DNA of 64,000 nucleotides from the human T2T-CHM13v2.0 reference genome, Homo sapiens, in assembly GCF_009914755.1 (NCBI RefSeq), contig NC_060926.1, one strand, 5' to 3'. The notes under the pieces were generated by a model. It made no database searches. It saw only the letters and a program-made list of their open reading frames with translations, and was not told where the DNA came from. Positions 61,836 through 64,000 of the stretch are shown here, one piece after another. Positions within the stretch are counted from its first letter, which is position 1; every line of letters starts with the position of its first letter. Both the position numbers and the translations under genes were made by a program.

Positions 61836-62745
61836 TTTTTTTTATAATTGACAAAAGTTGTATGCATTTATGCTGTACAAAACACGATGTCTTGAAATCT
61901 GTATACATTGTGGAATGGCTAAATCCAGCTAATTAACATGTGCATTACCACACACACTTATTTTGATGTGTGTGTGTGTAATAAGAACACTTAACATCTA
62001 CTCTCTTGGCAATTTTAAGTATAGAATACGTTGTTATTAACTAGTCACCATGTTGCACAATAGATCTCTTGAACTTATTCCTCCTGTTGAACTGAAATTT
62101 TGTATTCTTTAACCAACATCTTCCCAATCAACCCCCACTCCCACCCCACTACCAAGCTTCTGGTAACCACCATTCTATTCTGTTTCTAGACTTTTTAAGT
62201 TAGACTTTTTAAGATTGCACATATAAGTGAAATCATGCAGTATTTGTTCTGTGCTTAGCTTATTTTATTTAACATAATATCCTCCAGGTTTATCCATGTT
62301 TTCACAAATGACTTTTCTTCTTTTTTAAGGCAAAATAGTATTCCAGTATGTGTGTATATTTATATACACACACAACGAAATGTGACATATATATCTCTCA
62401 CACACACATTTTCTTTATCCATTCATCCACTGATGGACACTTAGGTTGAACTTAGGTTGATTCCAGTCTTGGCTGTTGTTAACAATGTTGCAATGAACAT
62501 GGAAGTGCAGGTATCTCTTTGACACACTGATTTCATTTCCATTGAATAGATACCCAGAAGTGGAATTGCTGGATCACATGGTAGTTCTATTTTTAATTTT
62601 TTGTAGAACCTCCATACTGTTTTCCACTATGACTGTACTAATTTATATTCCCACCAATAGTATACAAGGGTTCCCTTTTCTCCACATCCTTGCCAACACT
62701 TGTTATCTTTCATCTTTTTGAATAAGAGTCATTCTGACAGGTGTG
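61836..62745 (-). mobile_element. L1MA 3' portion
   Basis: tagatctcttgaacttattcctcct...ttctttatccattcatccactgatggacacttaggttga...cccagaagtggaattgctggatca. Confidence 0.9.
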
Positions 62746-64000
62746 AACATAGCTTGCTTTTGTATTATGAATCAAGGGATCTTAGGAAGGTCGCCTTCTC
62801 ACATTTTCCCCAGAATATCTCCCTTCCACAAACTCACCATAAATGTTTTGTTTCTGAAGTGTCTGACCCAGTATCTAGTAGAGTGGGTATGTGTGAGTAA
62901 CTGCAATAATTCTTGGAAAGAACTGAGATGTATGAACTAGATGTCTGTCCTCAAGTCTTCAGAGATACAGATTATCCTCTGGAAACAAAGGGTACCCACA
63001 GTTTTGCCTGGATTGCGCTTTGCAGTTGAGAAAGGGGGTCTTGGTAGAGAAGAGAGCCCATATGGCCTTGATTAAGGTGGGAGCAGATGATGATGGGAGG
63101 AGGTGCTGCTGGTGCCTTAAACACATGTTTACCCTCTCTATTGGGTAATCCAGCTTTGGTCCTGAGGGAGCTACCACACTGATATTCAATGGTATAAAAA
63201 ATAGTAACAGGGATGTGGTTTTCACCCCCACCTCCTCACTATTCCCAAAAGTTGGTCTAATTCTAAAACTACAAATCAGAACAACTCAACATGCAGTCAG
63301 CAACCCCAGGTCACATCCTTAATTCCAAAAGGCTGCAGCTTAGCCCTGTTCAATGCAGCTGTGTTATAGAAATATTTTCTTTAACACTTGTAAACTGCCT
63401 TTTTTCTAGAGTTTCCTTGTTGGTGACCTTATTTTGCCATCCAGTTTCAGTGTAAATGCAGCACGGAAGGGGAGTGGGAGGGATGTCCTAGCCTGAGCCA
63501 AAGCCGGGCTCCAAGCCAGGATACAGATTCGTCTGGGCATGTCTGATGGGCTTGCCAGGAGTATCTCAGCATGAGGGATGGAGGAGGCCCATAGAAAATA
63601 ACATCCTAAGTCAGTAGGTGTGGAGGGATGCATCACAGGTATCAGAATCACCAGGAAAACATTAAAAAATGCGTGTACCCTGCAAACTACACTCCTCATT
63701 CTGGTCGTGTGTGTACATGTGGGAACACTCTAGTGAGGAACCCTGCTTTAGCACCAAAATTGGCCCTAAGAGTTATGCAGATCAGTCTGCACTAGAGGCA
63801 CTGAGAGCTCCGAGAAAACAATGTGGCTTCTGTGCATAGCAAGCGTTCCCAAGCCACTGGCAGTGTGACCTTGCTACGTTGCTGTGAACACCAATAGCTT
63901 CAGTGCCTCAGGTACAGTCTGCACCAGGATGCCTACACTAGAAACCATGGACCACTGGGAGTTCAAGAACAGGCTGCAGGGGTCCATGAACTCTGGAAAA

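Noticed and set aside
62750-64000. Repeat-poor, moderately GC-rich stretch with 90-97 aa ORFs
   Set aside because: No recognisable protein, splice structure or RNA gene; it could be regulatory but sequence alone does not support a call.

Overview
Primate (human-like) genomic DNA containing the 5' half of the SP3 transcription factor gene on the minus strand. It includes the CpG-island promoter (~43.9-46.2 kb), coding exons 1-4 (45487-45493, 44727-44875, 44083-44205, 35201-36560; residues 1-546, all GT-AG and phase-consistent) and more than 35 kb of intron 4. The K551 SUMO site, Btd box and zinc fingers lie beyond the left edge. The rest is dense interspersed repeat (about 45 Alu copies or fragments, L1, L2, MIR, MaLR LTRs, Tigger/Charlie/MER DNA transposons), and almost all short ORFs in the track are repeat or GC artefacts. 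The most notable sequence-derived item is that back-splicing the 1360-nt exon 4 creates a self-overlapping 461-codon ORF. Others are a multi-start translation layout (uORF, M1, M13, AUA, M286, M303, with 7 out-of-frame AUGs before M286), an exon 3 acceptor overlapping promoter motifs, a perfect 50-bp palindrome, a perfect 38-bp duplication and deeply nested transposons. I see no evidence for a wholly new gene system. Repeat family names come from remembered consensus sequences and their boundaries are approximate.
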